The position numbers and the translations under genes were made by a program. Source: Cystobasidiomycetes sp. EMM_F5 (lineage: Eukaryota). From it: DNA of 64,000 nt. Location: contig JBPGPT010000001.1 in NCBI GenBank assembly GCA_051047955.1, forward strand, positions 930,001-994,000, given 5' to 3'. Shown here one piece after another: positions 25,601 to 37,454 of this stretch (positions within the stretch are counted from its first letter, which is position 1; every line of letters starts with the position of its first letter). The notes under the pieces are model-generated. The model saw only the letters and a program-made list of their open reading frames with translations. It searched no databases and was not told the DNA's origin.

Positions 25601-28314
25601 CAGCTGCATGTTTTAGCATCAGTTCTGCATACCCTCCTTGCGCGAGTTGACAAGGAGGATCATAGCATGCGTCTGGACGACAGTCTTCAAGACGGCATAT
25701 CGATTGCATACAACGATCTTGTAAGGATTTTTTTGTAAAGGTATCAAAGACCGCTGACGAGCAGCTGCAGTTCGGCAATCCAAGCAAAGACCGCGAATCT
25801 GCAGAATTCCGAGCTAAAACCAAGTTTCGTGAGGTGCGCTCATCAAAATCTTTGGACTCTCTGGAAATATTGGCGAGACACGCATCATTCAATCAGATCA
25901 GTCTTTTAATCGCACCCCTCCGCGACATCCTGGACCAGTCGGAATCTATCAAGACGATGAATGTAGTCACAGATGTCACCAGGCACATTACCACGGGCAT
26001 TCTACTGAATACAACCTGCCGGAACGAGGACTTGCTGATTCTGTGTCAAGCCTTGATTCGCCAAAATTCGGATTTTCTAAAGCCAAGAAAAGCTCTGCAG
26101 GCAGAGAAGAAGGCTGCAAAGGATTATCAAGTACAGTTACGTCGCGTAGCCGCCGCTCCCAGCGGGCACTACCAGCAAAACTCTTTCTATTTCGTTGCAA
26201 TGGGTCTTGACCTCGTCAACGGTGCTTTCAAGAAGGGAAAGTTTGACATAAAGGATGCAGATACCGTCTCGATGCTGGACCCGCTCATTGCTACTGTCGG
26301 TGACACGCTGTATACCGATAACACCCACGTGCTTGAAAGGTCATTGCGAACAGTGGCTGCACTTGTCCGGTGCCCACTGAGGTCGCTCGACAAAATGGCG
26401 CCTATTCTCATGAAACAAATGATAGAAATTCTAGATGATGCTGGAGGCGCAGGGACTGATCTTGCGCAATCATGCTTGAGGAGCTTAGCTGCACTCATCC
26501 GTGATCGGAAATCTTTACAACCGACAGAGCAACAGACCGCCAAAATGATTTCATTCATTTCTCAAAATCTCGATGAAATTGACCAGTTGCCGGCCTTATT
26601 CGCTTTACTGCGGGCCATAGTCGGCCGGGTCATCATCGCGCCCGAGGTCTACGATATTCTAGACCATATCGCTCAAATCGCCGTCACCCACCAATCGCAC
26701 GAGACAAGAGAATTGAGCCGGTCTATCTATCTGCAATTTCTGTTGGATTATCCGCAAGGCAAGAAGCGTCTCACCACAGCGATGGAGTATCTGGCTAGAA
26801 ATCTTGGTGGATACGCTCATGAAGCTGGTCGTATCTCGGTACTGGAGCTGGTTAATGCCATACTGAGTAAATTTACAATTGACATCTTGGAGCAGCACGC
26901 CAAACTCTTTTTTGCCGCTTTGACGATGTGCATTGTCAATGACACGTCGACGAAGTGCAGAGAAATGGCCACAGAGAACATAAAGGTTATCTTTCGCCGC
27001 GTTGGAAAACAGAAGCGGCAGGAACTGCTTGACATTGTCTTGAGTTGGAGCGATCAAAATCAACAAGCCTTACTCAGAACTGCGTCAGCGCGAGTTACCG
27101 GAACTATAATCGATGCCGCGATGGGTTCCTCCGAGCTTGGTGGCATTGCTACTACCCTGGTCCCGTCTCTTTCCAGCATCATTTCCGAATACGCGAGAGC
27201 CACAACACAGTTCGATGGCGAGGACGAAGACTGTGGACAACCGACTCTAGGCGACGATTGGCAGATGGCATATCACGCCATTCACTCCCTATCGCGATCT
27301 ATCAAAGCCTCCCCTGCCGTCATTACGAGCATCGACGCGGATTTGTGGCGCTGCGTACGCGAGCTGTTATTACATCCACACGGCTGGATGCGGCTTGCTA
27401 GTGCTCAGTTGATCGGCATACAATTCTCTTCTGGCAATAGGGTGCCCTTGTCCGACCTCATAGAAGCTGCCGCGAACCTCAGTGTACAGCTACGGAGCAA
27501 GCTGCTGACTCCCGAGCTGAGCATACAAATTGTCAAAAACCTTTTCTTTATCGGCAAAGAGTTCGCCAGTCAGACCCAGTCGAAGACATTGCCCGACAAG
27601 TCATCACATCCGACGGAAATCGATGGTGACGATGATAAGCCGGAACGCGACCCTACATCTGACCCTTTCCATTGGCTCTTTGTCAAATTATCTCACAGCG
27701 CCCGAGTTGCGCACCAGAACCGGTCTGGCAAGTACGAGGATGTCCCGGTAAGGGCAATGCCACTACTCCTTCGAGTACAATCGACTGACGATGATGGCTG
27801 AGCAGAAGAATTTCAAGTGGTCAAGCGAGCCCACCGCAGTCCTTCAGATTTTCGGAGCCTTGATATCCGAACCCACCGTTTCTGTCGATCAACTGAAGCG
27901 GCAAGTGCAGCAGGTTATGATACCTGTTGTGAGGATACTGTCCGACGGGAATCAGGCCAGAGATCCGCAACTAGGTGCGCAGACAGCACTCTTACCGCGT
28001 CTCGCTCCCGCTAACTTGACGGGTTACACGCAGATGATCTGCAAGTCTTGGCACGAGAGCTGCAGGATATGCTCACCCAGAAGATCGGTGCAAGCGAAGT
28101 GACCAAAGCGTACAATGATATACAGCGCAAAATCGGTGTACGAAGGGAGGAACGCAAGCGATCAGCTGCTATGGCTTCTATTGCCGACCCTGAACGAGAC
28201 GCCCGTCGGAAAGCACAGCGGACTGAGAGCAAGACTGCATCAAAAGCTAGGAAGAACAAGAGTTTTGCGGATACAAAATTGCGATATGGAATGATGGATA
28301 AGCGCAGATCCTAA
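19614..28314 (+). CDS. UTP20: U3 snoRNP / SSU processome HEAT-repeat protein Utp20
   Basis: About 8.7-kb multi-exon HEAT-repeat gene with VNFRPLW, LFSKFTNPKAL, LNAYS..RIDVPDFDTRL, EANFFHNIYHVQVHRRTRA, LQRGPQLHVL and FLLDYPQGKKRL, ending in a basic coiled coil. Confidence 0.93.
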
Positions 28315-28475
28315 GCCATATACTTGTAGACTGTGAAGCCGTTTGATCTATTTGCGAATTCGCAAGAGGAGTGTTTGTAATTTCAGTATAACTGCAGCCG
28401 GGTGAAATACCGCTACAATGTTGCTACAACGACAATGTATCATTTAATTCTGCACGCACGCAACTACTGATGCGA

Positions 28476-29552
28476 TCAGCCAAAACACCGCACATTCTCG
28501 GCCTGCATGGCTTTAATGTCATGCGAAGAGAGTGCTGTACTTTCCGATTGTCCACACAGGACTTCCCATGCTTGCTCAAATTCGACGTCGAGAGCAGTCT
28601 CGCTGCCTGATATCGCTAGAGAATCGTCTTGCGGAATGTCACTGCCCTGCCGCTCTTTTGTGTACGAAGCCAGACTGATGAGCTTCGGTTCGCTCGTATT
28701 GTCCGGTGTTGCTGGACTTGTAGTACTTTTGCTCAATAAGGTGGATAAGCTGGGATTTGGGTTGGATGACATATCTAAAAGGGAAGGTATGGGCAGAACC
28801 CATATCCTTTCTCGCAAGCGCTTGTGTCGCTCGCGATCATCTTCTATTCGACGGAGGATATCAGTCTTGGAAAAGACTTGGTCTTGGGTGGATGGCGTTG
28901 GAGCGTCGATTGTAGGGAACGTTGCTGAGCGCAAATCGTCCAAAAGCGAGTCCAGCTTGGTTATCGGAAGTAGTCGACGTGTTTTCCAGCCGTTGAGCAC
29001 CTAATATTTCGGACGGAGACCCAAATTGGACAGTCAGAGTCTGCAGGCGATATCAGAGGGCGTCAACATACCTGCATGGTGCTCATTCTATTTAGTACGC
29101 CCTCTCGCAAGCTGGTCGGTACAGTGAATTGCACGACTTTGTCGATATCCAGCGACACCAATCTTCTGTAGCTTTCGACCCCTATAGCGAGACTCTGGTC
29201 GAGGAGCGAGTCGAGCATGTAAAAGATGTTCATCCTCGCGTTGATTGAAGCTTTTTCGAGCTCTTCCATTATGCACTCCCACAAATCAGCTTCACCGTGT
29301 GTGACGTTGCCAGACTCTGATGCCGAGGACGCATCCACAGCAACGGTGGGCCTGCTGTTGTGCCGAGTTCGCTCGTTGGGTATGGCAGACTGCTTGAGCA
29401 GAAAGGCTACAACCTTGTTGATGCTTTGCGCGGCCGATGTGAGGCGACGCAGTTGCGTAAGGAATTGCATACGGGTCTGGAAGACATTCAGTGATTTGGC
29501 CGTGGGAATCCTACGTCGTTTCCCTCCAAGTACTCACTTCAAAGGCGTCCAT
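28476..29552 (-). CDS. CTK3: CTD kinase I gamma subunit
   Basis: Spliced N-terminus MDAFE|..RMQFLTQLRRL, DLWECIMEELEKASINARMNIFYMLDSL, and C-terminal DILRRIEDDRERHKRLRERIW. Confidence 0.9.
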
Positions 29553-30717
29553 ATTGACCAGGTTTGCTGAATGGGCATCCCAATTCCGACAATGCAGGGA
29601 GATGAACGACAAACGAGCCAACAGAAGCAGCAGGGAGGTCAGAGCTGCAGAATTCACCTGCACGAAATAAGCGTGTCCATGGTCAAGTAATTCTGCGTAC
29701 AAAGATAAAGCCAAATTCGCACAATATTTCAAATTTATTACACGACTAAACGATGTATGAAAGACAAATGTACGTCTTCTGCAGGGCGGCCACCTTGCTC
29801 TGCCATCTCTCGTCCTTTGGTGTGGCCGCAGACCAAACCAACATCCTTTGGTGTACTGCGCCAAGTCTGCCAACATCGTACGCGACAGGCAGCCTCGACA
29901 AACTGTCCATGGAAAGGCCTGTCATGGTTAGCTCGCAGCAACATCAAGTCCCGGAGGACGACGGCGCGTGCTGTAGTCGCCCAGAGAGAATGTCTTTGTA
30001 GCGGCAGCCTGTGCGTTGTCGACGTGGTCGACCTGAACACAGCAGATTGAGGGCCGGTCGCACAGCCAGACGGGACATCAACAGAGAATGAGGACAGCAG
30101 CTGAATCCTGCAGCATGGACTTGCGCGTCTGAGCGAGGAGGACCACGTATGGCATCCCGTCGATACGCTAAGGAGTACTTCTTGGGGACTGGAACGGTTC
30201 GAGCACCATCGACGCTCTCGCAAGAGCAGAGTGAACGAACAACCTAGGCAGTAGCGTACATCGAGTTAGCGGTGCCATGTGCGTGTTAGATTTAAGTCTC
30301 CAGGCTCACTTTGTGTCCCCTTTTGATTATTTTGTTCATCGGAGGAAAGGAAACCCAGGTCGGTCCAAAATTTCGAGTCGCGTACAAAGGGCGGTAGATG
30401 GGACGTTTGGGAGGCAGCGGAGGATTACCTAACTCAATAGACAGACATATACTGAAGTTCCAGTAAAAGGTGCTTCGTTTCAGTTATGCATTTGATTGGC
30501 AATCCCCAGTCATCTATTCGGCAACTACGCGTTGCAGGATGCTGACAACACCCAATTCTATGGCACATCCTGGAACTGTGTAAATCCCACCCTAGTCTGT
30601 AACGACGACATTCTCCTCACTACGAGACCATCGCCCGCTGTTTGTATTCCGACGCTCGTACGAAACCTGTTACGTCGCTCAGCAAAGCGAGCAATACAAT
30701 AAGCTGCAATCCACGAT

Positions 30718-31687
30718 ATGGCCAATTCCTTCGACCCATATGCAGCACAGGCTGGCTCGTACGGCGTTGCGCCAGACCTGCAGTTCTACTCTGGCGTTTC
30801 AGGGCCCAGCGCGTCCACGTCGTCTGGGATGGGCAGCATGGCACACAACGCTTCGGCGGGGACGTCAAGCGGCGGCATGGACTACTACAGCGGCTTCAGC
30901 GGATCCGGCGGTGTTGCTGCTTCGGGAAACATGCAGAGCAATGGCGTGGGAGGAGCTATGATTCCAATAGTCGGATTCTGGAGCGCTTTCACCGCAGCAC
31001 CAATGTACGAAGGTGAACCGCCGTTGCTAGAAGGTAGGTCTGATACACGCATCCTGTACCGAAGTCGCCCTGCTTTCGAGGCTCAAATACGACGCAGAAC
31101 TCGGCTTCAACTTTGAGCACATCAAGCTCAAGTCTTTGACTGTCCTGAATCCATTGAGAAAACCAGATCAGCACATAATGGACGACGCTGATCTCGCGGG
31201 CCCAATACTATTTGCATTCTGCTTTGGCATGTTTCTACTGCTAGTACGCACCGGAATTGATTAAAGAGCCGTACCTTTTACTGATGATGCCGCAAAGTCT
31301 GGTAAATCGCAGTTCGGCTACATCTACGGTGTGGCATTGCTAGGCGACGCGTCCATATATTTCCTCCTAAATCTCATGTCGCCAACGGGGATAGACGCTT
31401 ATCGCGTATCATCAGTTCTCGGGTACTGCCTTCTGCCAATAGTATTGACATCTCTAGCGAGCGTGGCCATCAATCTCGACGGCTTAATAGGCTACCTCAT
31501 GTCCGGTCTCAGCGTGTTCTGGTGCTCATACGCAGCAAGCGGGATATTCGTCTCAGTACTGCAAATGCAGAACCAGAGGGCGCTTGTAGCGTACCCCGTC
31601 AGTCTCTTTTACGCAGCCTTCAGTCTGCTGACGGTTTTTCAGCATAGAGGTGAGCCTGTCTTTTCACTGAATAGACGAGGCATATAG
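30718..31687 (+). CDS. YIP1: Yip1-domain ER/Golgi membrane protein
   Basis: YEGEPPLLE|ELGFNFEHI, HIMDDADLAGP, SGKSQFGYIYG, SVLGYCLLP and LVAYPVSLFY. Confidence 0.93.
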
Positions 31688-31828
31688 TTGACTCTTCCGT
31701 ATGGTAGTCCTCGTCAAATGATTGATCTATATCATCTGTACTGTTAGAAGTGACAGGAATGGACCCTTTACCACAAGTGATACCAGCCTTGTGAACGACA
31801 GCGATGACAATGCAAGATTACTGAATAC

Positions 31829-32506
31829 TCAGTCCTTAGATGGGCCTTTCTGCGACCATTCGGGTGGTTCATCCTGCAGGGCGTAAAGTTTCGTCAGTAT
31901 CCTGTCCCTCAGACGCGTCATTGTCTACATACCTTTCCTTCGTCTTCCAGCTTCTCGCCCTCGTCTAACGATTTGTGAATAGTCTTTTCATTGTGCTCGG
32001 CAGGCGCGTAGACCGTAATTAAGACTAACGGTGTATCGGAAGTTGTAATGAAATTGTGCTTGCAGCCTGTTTGGGTGTACTCCTCATGTCAGCGACGAAT
32101 CCAAGTGTAAGAGTAGGAGGCTTTAGCCTACCGGCCGGAACCACGACAACGTCACCGGCACCGACGTCGCGCTCTTCGCCGCTAATGATCGCCTTGGCTG
32201 TGCCAGATGTGAAGATTAGGGTTTGATCCACCTGATGCAGAGATTGGCATCAGCAATGCAAGTACCTGTCGTCCGGGACTACCCATTATGACCTCACCGT
32301 GTGTACTTCTTCGCCAATCTCGCCCTTTTCCTTCTTTGACGGGACAGTCATGCTGACGAGCTGCAAGAAAGGGGATTAGCATGGTTGAATACTGTATCCG
32401 AAGGCTAGACGCATGGGCATACCTGGGAGTGCTCGCCCGTCCACAAGACTTTACGGAATGCCGTAATCTGAGCGAGTGTTTCGTCCATCTTTGGTACTAC
32501 GAACAT
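31829..32506 (-). CDS. Small single-domain cupin (Cupin_2 / RmlC-like) protein
   Basis: Spliced FRKVLWTGEHSQLVSMTVP..GEIGEEVHT|VDQTLIFTSG..GDVVVVPAG..HNFI..LITVYAPAEH. Confidence 0.85.
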
Positions 32507-32833
32507 CTTGTTGAGATGTGCTAGGAGTGTCAAGTCGAAGCAGGAGTTGGGACATGTAAGCTGCTTTCTCGGTCTACGTCATTTCACCAGGACATACCTG
32601 GCTTTGAGGACGACATTCTGCGAGGAAGCGTGGATTTGAGGGATGGTTGAATGCAGCGGAGCAAAGGTTTTGATGGTACAGCGATCCGAAGCATGAGTTG
32701 GGCAGTACTAAAGCAAGAGTGCGGACCAATCTTTTGCGAATCGAGCGATGTTCAGGCACTGGGAAACCCGTGACAGAAGACAAAAGCTTGCAATGCAAAA
32801 CATTCGCTGTACTCTTAGCTTGAGCTACTACAC

Positions 32834-34019
32834 TCAGGCACTCGCAGCGTCTAAGCGATTCGGATCCTCAAAGACTTCCTTGATCTGCTGTCGCAATTTG
32901 TTTTGACTCGCACCGAACTCGTATCCTCCTACGCGAGCGACCGCTTTTCCCTTCCATCTTACGAGCTGCTTGCCATCTGTCGTCTCCAATGCCGCTGAGA
33001 TGGCGTCACCATCGCTGTTCACGCCAGCTTCTTCAGCTCCAGACACAGGTTGTGGTATCGACATATCTTCTTACCGAACTGGACCAACTCCCTGTGGTGT
33101 GCCTGTGAGTATCAAATCGCCTTCTTCGAGAGTCATTATGCTCGATACGTGTTGGATCAACTCCGGAATGCGGACCCTGTCAGATGATACCGTTAGCAGC
33201 GAATTATACCCAATAAATTGCAAAAGTTTACATCATGTCCCCAGTAGTGCCGTCTTGCACCATCTTGTCGTTGAGCTTCATCCACAACCTTAGATTATGC
33301 GGGTCTTTGACCTGGTCCGCCGGAATGAAGCTCGAAACCGGGCAGTATGAATCGAAGCCTATTGGACGCAAACATCGGCCCTTGCGCACGTAATGAATGC
33401 ACAGTATGCGCCATGTTGATTACCTTTGACTGCAGACCAGGGGAGCCCCTTTTTCTTTACTTCTTCTTGCATATTTCTCGCCGTCCTGATTCCAAAAGCC
33501 TTCAGATCATGCAGTCGTCTGGTAGTACACTAGTCTCTCTCACATATCAATGGCTAGCGTGTATCCAGCGACGTGCTTCATAGCATCTTGGGCTACAACG
33601 TCCCTGGCGCGAGAACCGATGACCACTCCCAATTCGACTGAATATGCGGAAGCTGGGATCAGCAACGGGACCCTGGTAGATGTATTCTGATCCATTACTC
33701 ACCTTCGTGATGTGTGTCAATACCTCGCGGAAGTTCCACTGTTCCTCCGTCAGCCAGATAGGATGTCGCTGTAATGAGGAGATGTACGCGTGTGTGAGGT
33801 GAAGGATGGAGCTTCCGGACACGGGAACATACTGGGTTTAAGGAAGAAGAATGGTTCAGATGATGCTTGATTGCCCAGTTCCTTGATATGTTTGGCATAG
33901 TTGCGACCAATAGCCACGCTGTTTACGCGCAGGCTATCTCAACGCGGAGTTGCACACAAACGCAAGCAGCGGACTTGCCATTTCTTGCCAGAGCGAAAGA
34001 AGTTTGCAGCACCAGACAT
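32834..34019 (-). CDS. FMP41: Fumarylacetoacetate hydrolase family protein (FAHD1/Fmp41-like)
   Basis: Reassembled from short exons: [54 protein letters not shown] and [20 protein letters not shown]. First intron is GC-AG (33919-33978). Confidence 0.9.
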
Positions 34020-34309
34020 ATTTACACACGGATGAGCGGATTGCGCAGAATACTCAAGGGCTGGGTAAGGTAGCTGCTAGTGCGCGGCAATTGCAAAACT
34101 GATCGAATGGACTCAAGGCATCAAGGCAGTCAAGTCTTTGCACAGTGAATTAACACGTCGCTGATATTTGGGTTGCTCGGTCTACGGTATCTATCTTTCG
34201 CTTAACAATATGGAGTATATTGTCTCGTAAGACAATTGCGACAAACGATCCCCGTGTAGCGGAGTCAATATTCTCAAACGCCGCCTTACTCTGAGTCGAT
34301 ATCAGGAGG

Positions 34310-35128
34310 CTACTCATCATCTGTATCCTCTTTCGCCGGTTTCCGATCTGATTTAACCTTGACGTTGCTGTAGTCTTCGTATGTCTCTTCGAATGGTATA
34401 GCTGTTGGGACGTAGGCGGTAAGTATTACAGCGCCTTCAGTCCGTGATATTAACGACTCACAATTTGGACTTGCGTTACCAAACATGCCAGGGTTCTTCA
34501 TTCTGCGAACGGCGGGCCGCTGAGCGTCCTGAATGAGCAGTTCGTCTTCCGCCGCCTTGTGAGATAGCTGCAGGTGATGCTCATTGCGAGCTTTCCAATA
34601 GTCTCCTCTTGGCATGTGGTAAGCAATGTAGCGGGTCAGGTAGGGCTTGCTCTTGTCGTATGCTTCATTCGGTACACCATGTGGGTCATGCTCCTCATCG
34701 GTAGCTGCTTCTTGTGCCGCTGGAGCATGCTGTCCCGAAATGATGTATACGCCGCTAAGCACAACTAACGCGATGAATGTGTTGCGCCAGACTGGACTGC
34801 TGAAGTCTGTATGCGTTGTGATTGTTTCGACGTAGGCGAGTAGTGACCGGTGAATATGGACAGCACGCGAGCAGGGGATCCATCAGCCACTGCGAATATG
34901 ACTCGCAAACACAAGCTACGGACTTTCTGGCGGGTATTCCACTTCTACGCCGTGTCCATGGCTGTCTGCAGCATGGGAGGCCGTTCTGGATTGTTGCTGC
35001 CTGCCCGTTCGCGGGGCCACAACTGCGTAGCGTGCTGCCATGCGAGCATTGTGTGCAACAGTGCTCCGTACTGCCGCTGCGCGAAGCACTGGTGCCGCAG
35101 CTCCGACGACTCTAGCCAGAGGTGCCAT
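34310..35128 (-). CDS. NADH-ubiquinone oxidoreductase accessory subunit (fungal 17.8-kDa type)
   Basis: Arg/Ala-rich presequence, HGHG..YPPE|NFSSPVWRNTF, one TM segment, then PYLTRYIAYH..WKARNEHHL..LIQDAQRP..FGNASP. Confidence 0.7.
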
Positions 35129-35403
35129 TGTCCGAGTTGAGCGAGCGGAGAGCAGACCGGCAAGTTGTGTGAAAGCGGTACGCCTAATCTTTGCAAAGTA
35201 TCGTTATTTAAATGTCATCACAACAATCTAAGACTACACAACAGCCTGCCGATGGCACAATTGCGTTTGCTCCTGTCAGCAATATACGGAGGCCTCGAAC
35301 AATTGAGATGGATCAGATATAACGTGAAAAACCTCTTCTCTCATACGCCGTAGCGTCGGAGTGAGCTGAGATATGGTACGATCATCATTTGAAAGTGAGA
35401 ATG

Positions 35404-35434
35404 GAGAGCGTAAAGGGACGAGAGCGTAAAGGGA
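35404..35434. repeat. Tandem direct repeat GAGAGCGTAAAGGGA x2
   Basis: Identical 15-mers at 35404-35418 and 35420-35434 in the divergent promoter region. Confidence 0.85.
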
Positions 35435-35989
35435 GCTAAGATAGATTCGATTTTTGCAAATGTCAAGTAGTACCGGTTGATTAGCCTACTTCGCTCTTAC
35501 ATTCCGTGCTAGTATGAATCGAGCTGGACATCGATATATCCTGCCACGTTCGGTTGCGAGGTTGCTCATCTACATCGAGAAAAACTTTACGCAAAGTCAG
35601 CTTTGATGCCCAAATTGCGCCGGCCATCCCATAAGAGCGGAAAGGAGAGACCCAAGTCGGGATCTGCGTCTTCAGCTACCGTTGTAGTTAATTTGCATAA
35701 TAGCTGTCGTCGTTGTACTCGTAGTGAGTACTCGGACAGTGTGAATACTGTAAAGAATTTGCTTGTCATCGTTGACGCGGCGGAGAAGTGTGATGGGTGC
35801 AAGGCATAGTGCGGTAAGCGATATACAAGGAATGGTAACTTACACTAGGCCGTACATGGTTCTGCATTGATGATGGGTGGGAAGGCAGGCTGCCCAAATG
35901 CGAAACGCCCTACAGAGCTTCGAGCAATCGAGAATACTTGCGGTGTAAGGCTGATCTCACCCCAACTGCTTGCTGCAGGACGTTGAAGC

Positions 35990-37326
35990 ATGGCTACGAT
36001 AGCGTCCACGTCCACATCGACTTCGACGTCTGCGCTACCGCTTTTGAGTCGGCGTTTGCCTCGCGCGTCTGGCTCGTTCTTGCGGCAGCTTCGCAATGCT
36101 TCCACATCCTCTCTTACTACCGGAAATCAAGCTCCAATTCCGATACTGAAGCCCCCATCTCCTGCGTGGTACACTGGCAGGCCAGCGCTGCACGACGCCG
36201 TGCGAGAGCTCCAGGATGCTCTTCGAGATTCCCGTCAGGAATTATATCGCAATGGCTATCTGGGAAGTGTGGACGAAGACGTCAGGAAAGCTGTTACTTC
36301 CTTATCTACACTATCAGGTGTATCCTCAAGTCACAGCAAACCAGGTGAACGACGATGGCTCACTCAGCAGGAAATGGCAAAGAAGCTGCAAGTCTCGGAA
36401 ATGGGTCTGCCATTCTATCGACGCATCACTTCCCTTCTCAGCGAACTCCAGACACTACACCCTCTTCTCGTCCGGTCGTCCGCATACACATCCTCCAACC
36501 CTGCTGTCTTCGCCCATCTCGGAATCGCACCACCACAAGCGGAGATTGTTGCTGAGCTGCTGACGAAGTTGGCGAGATCATCGGGATCAGGCGCGTCAAG
36601 CGTTGAAGCGGTAGTCAAAGGAACCGGTGACAGTGAAGTTAGCCCACGCAATCGTGGGAAAGGCCACCTCGATACGAAGACTGGTATCGCGTACGGTATG
36701 GGCCGGAAAAAGACGAGCAGCGCCAGAGCTTGGGTTGTACCCATCTATAGCAACGGCATCAACCCAGAACCTGCTAGGGCGACATCGGATGCAGATGATC
36801 AATTATCGCAATCCCTTGGCAAAGCGACGTTGGGAGAATCGGCCTCGGCACCTTCCGCTGGGTCAGCAGTGAACGAGCCATCAAATAGTCCGTCCAACGA
36901 GAGGCCGCCCGCTCCATCAGAAAAAACTACTATCGGCTCGATACTCGTCAATGCACTTCCGCTCACGACTTACTTCCCTTTAGCGGCATCGCGGACTATA
37001 CTCACGCGCCCGTTCAGTCTCACCGAGACATCTGGCCGCTACAATGTGTTTGTACTGGTTCGAGGTGGTGGCACAGGGAGTCAAGCTCAGGCAGCAGCAG
37101 TCGCGTGTGCTCGAGCTTTAGCCAAGATGCAAGAAGCAGACGGTCGGGTGGAAGCCAAGCAGATACTGCGCAAAGGTCTGTCTGAATGTGTCTACGCGGT
37201 ATGGGCTTGTAGCATGCTGAATCTGTCTGAACAGCCAAACTGCTAGTGAGGGATCCACGTGTTGTGGAAAGGAAAAAGACGGGTCAGCCCAAAGCAAGGA
37301 AGCGATACACCTGGGTCAAGCGGTAG
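35990..37326 (+). CDS. MRPS9: Mitochondrial ribosomal protein uS9m
   Basis: Presequence, [33 protein letters not shown], and last exon [28 protein letters not shown]. Confidence 0.93.
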
Positions 37327-37454
37327 TCAGATATGCATATATGACGATTCTGAAATTATTGTCACATCGTTGAGACATGATTTTCGTAAATTTGTTTCGA
37401 CATCTTCCTATATTTACGAGTGTCAGATTGCCTCTGGATTATTCGAGCAAAACG

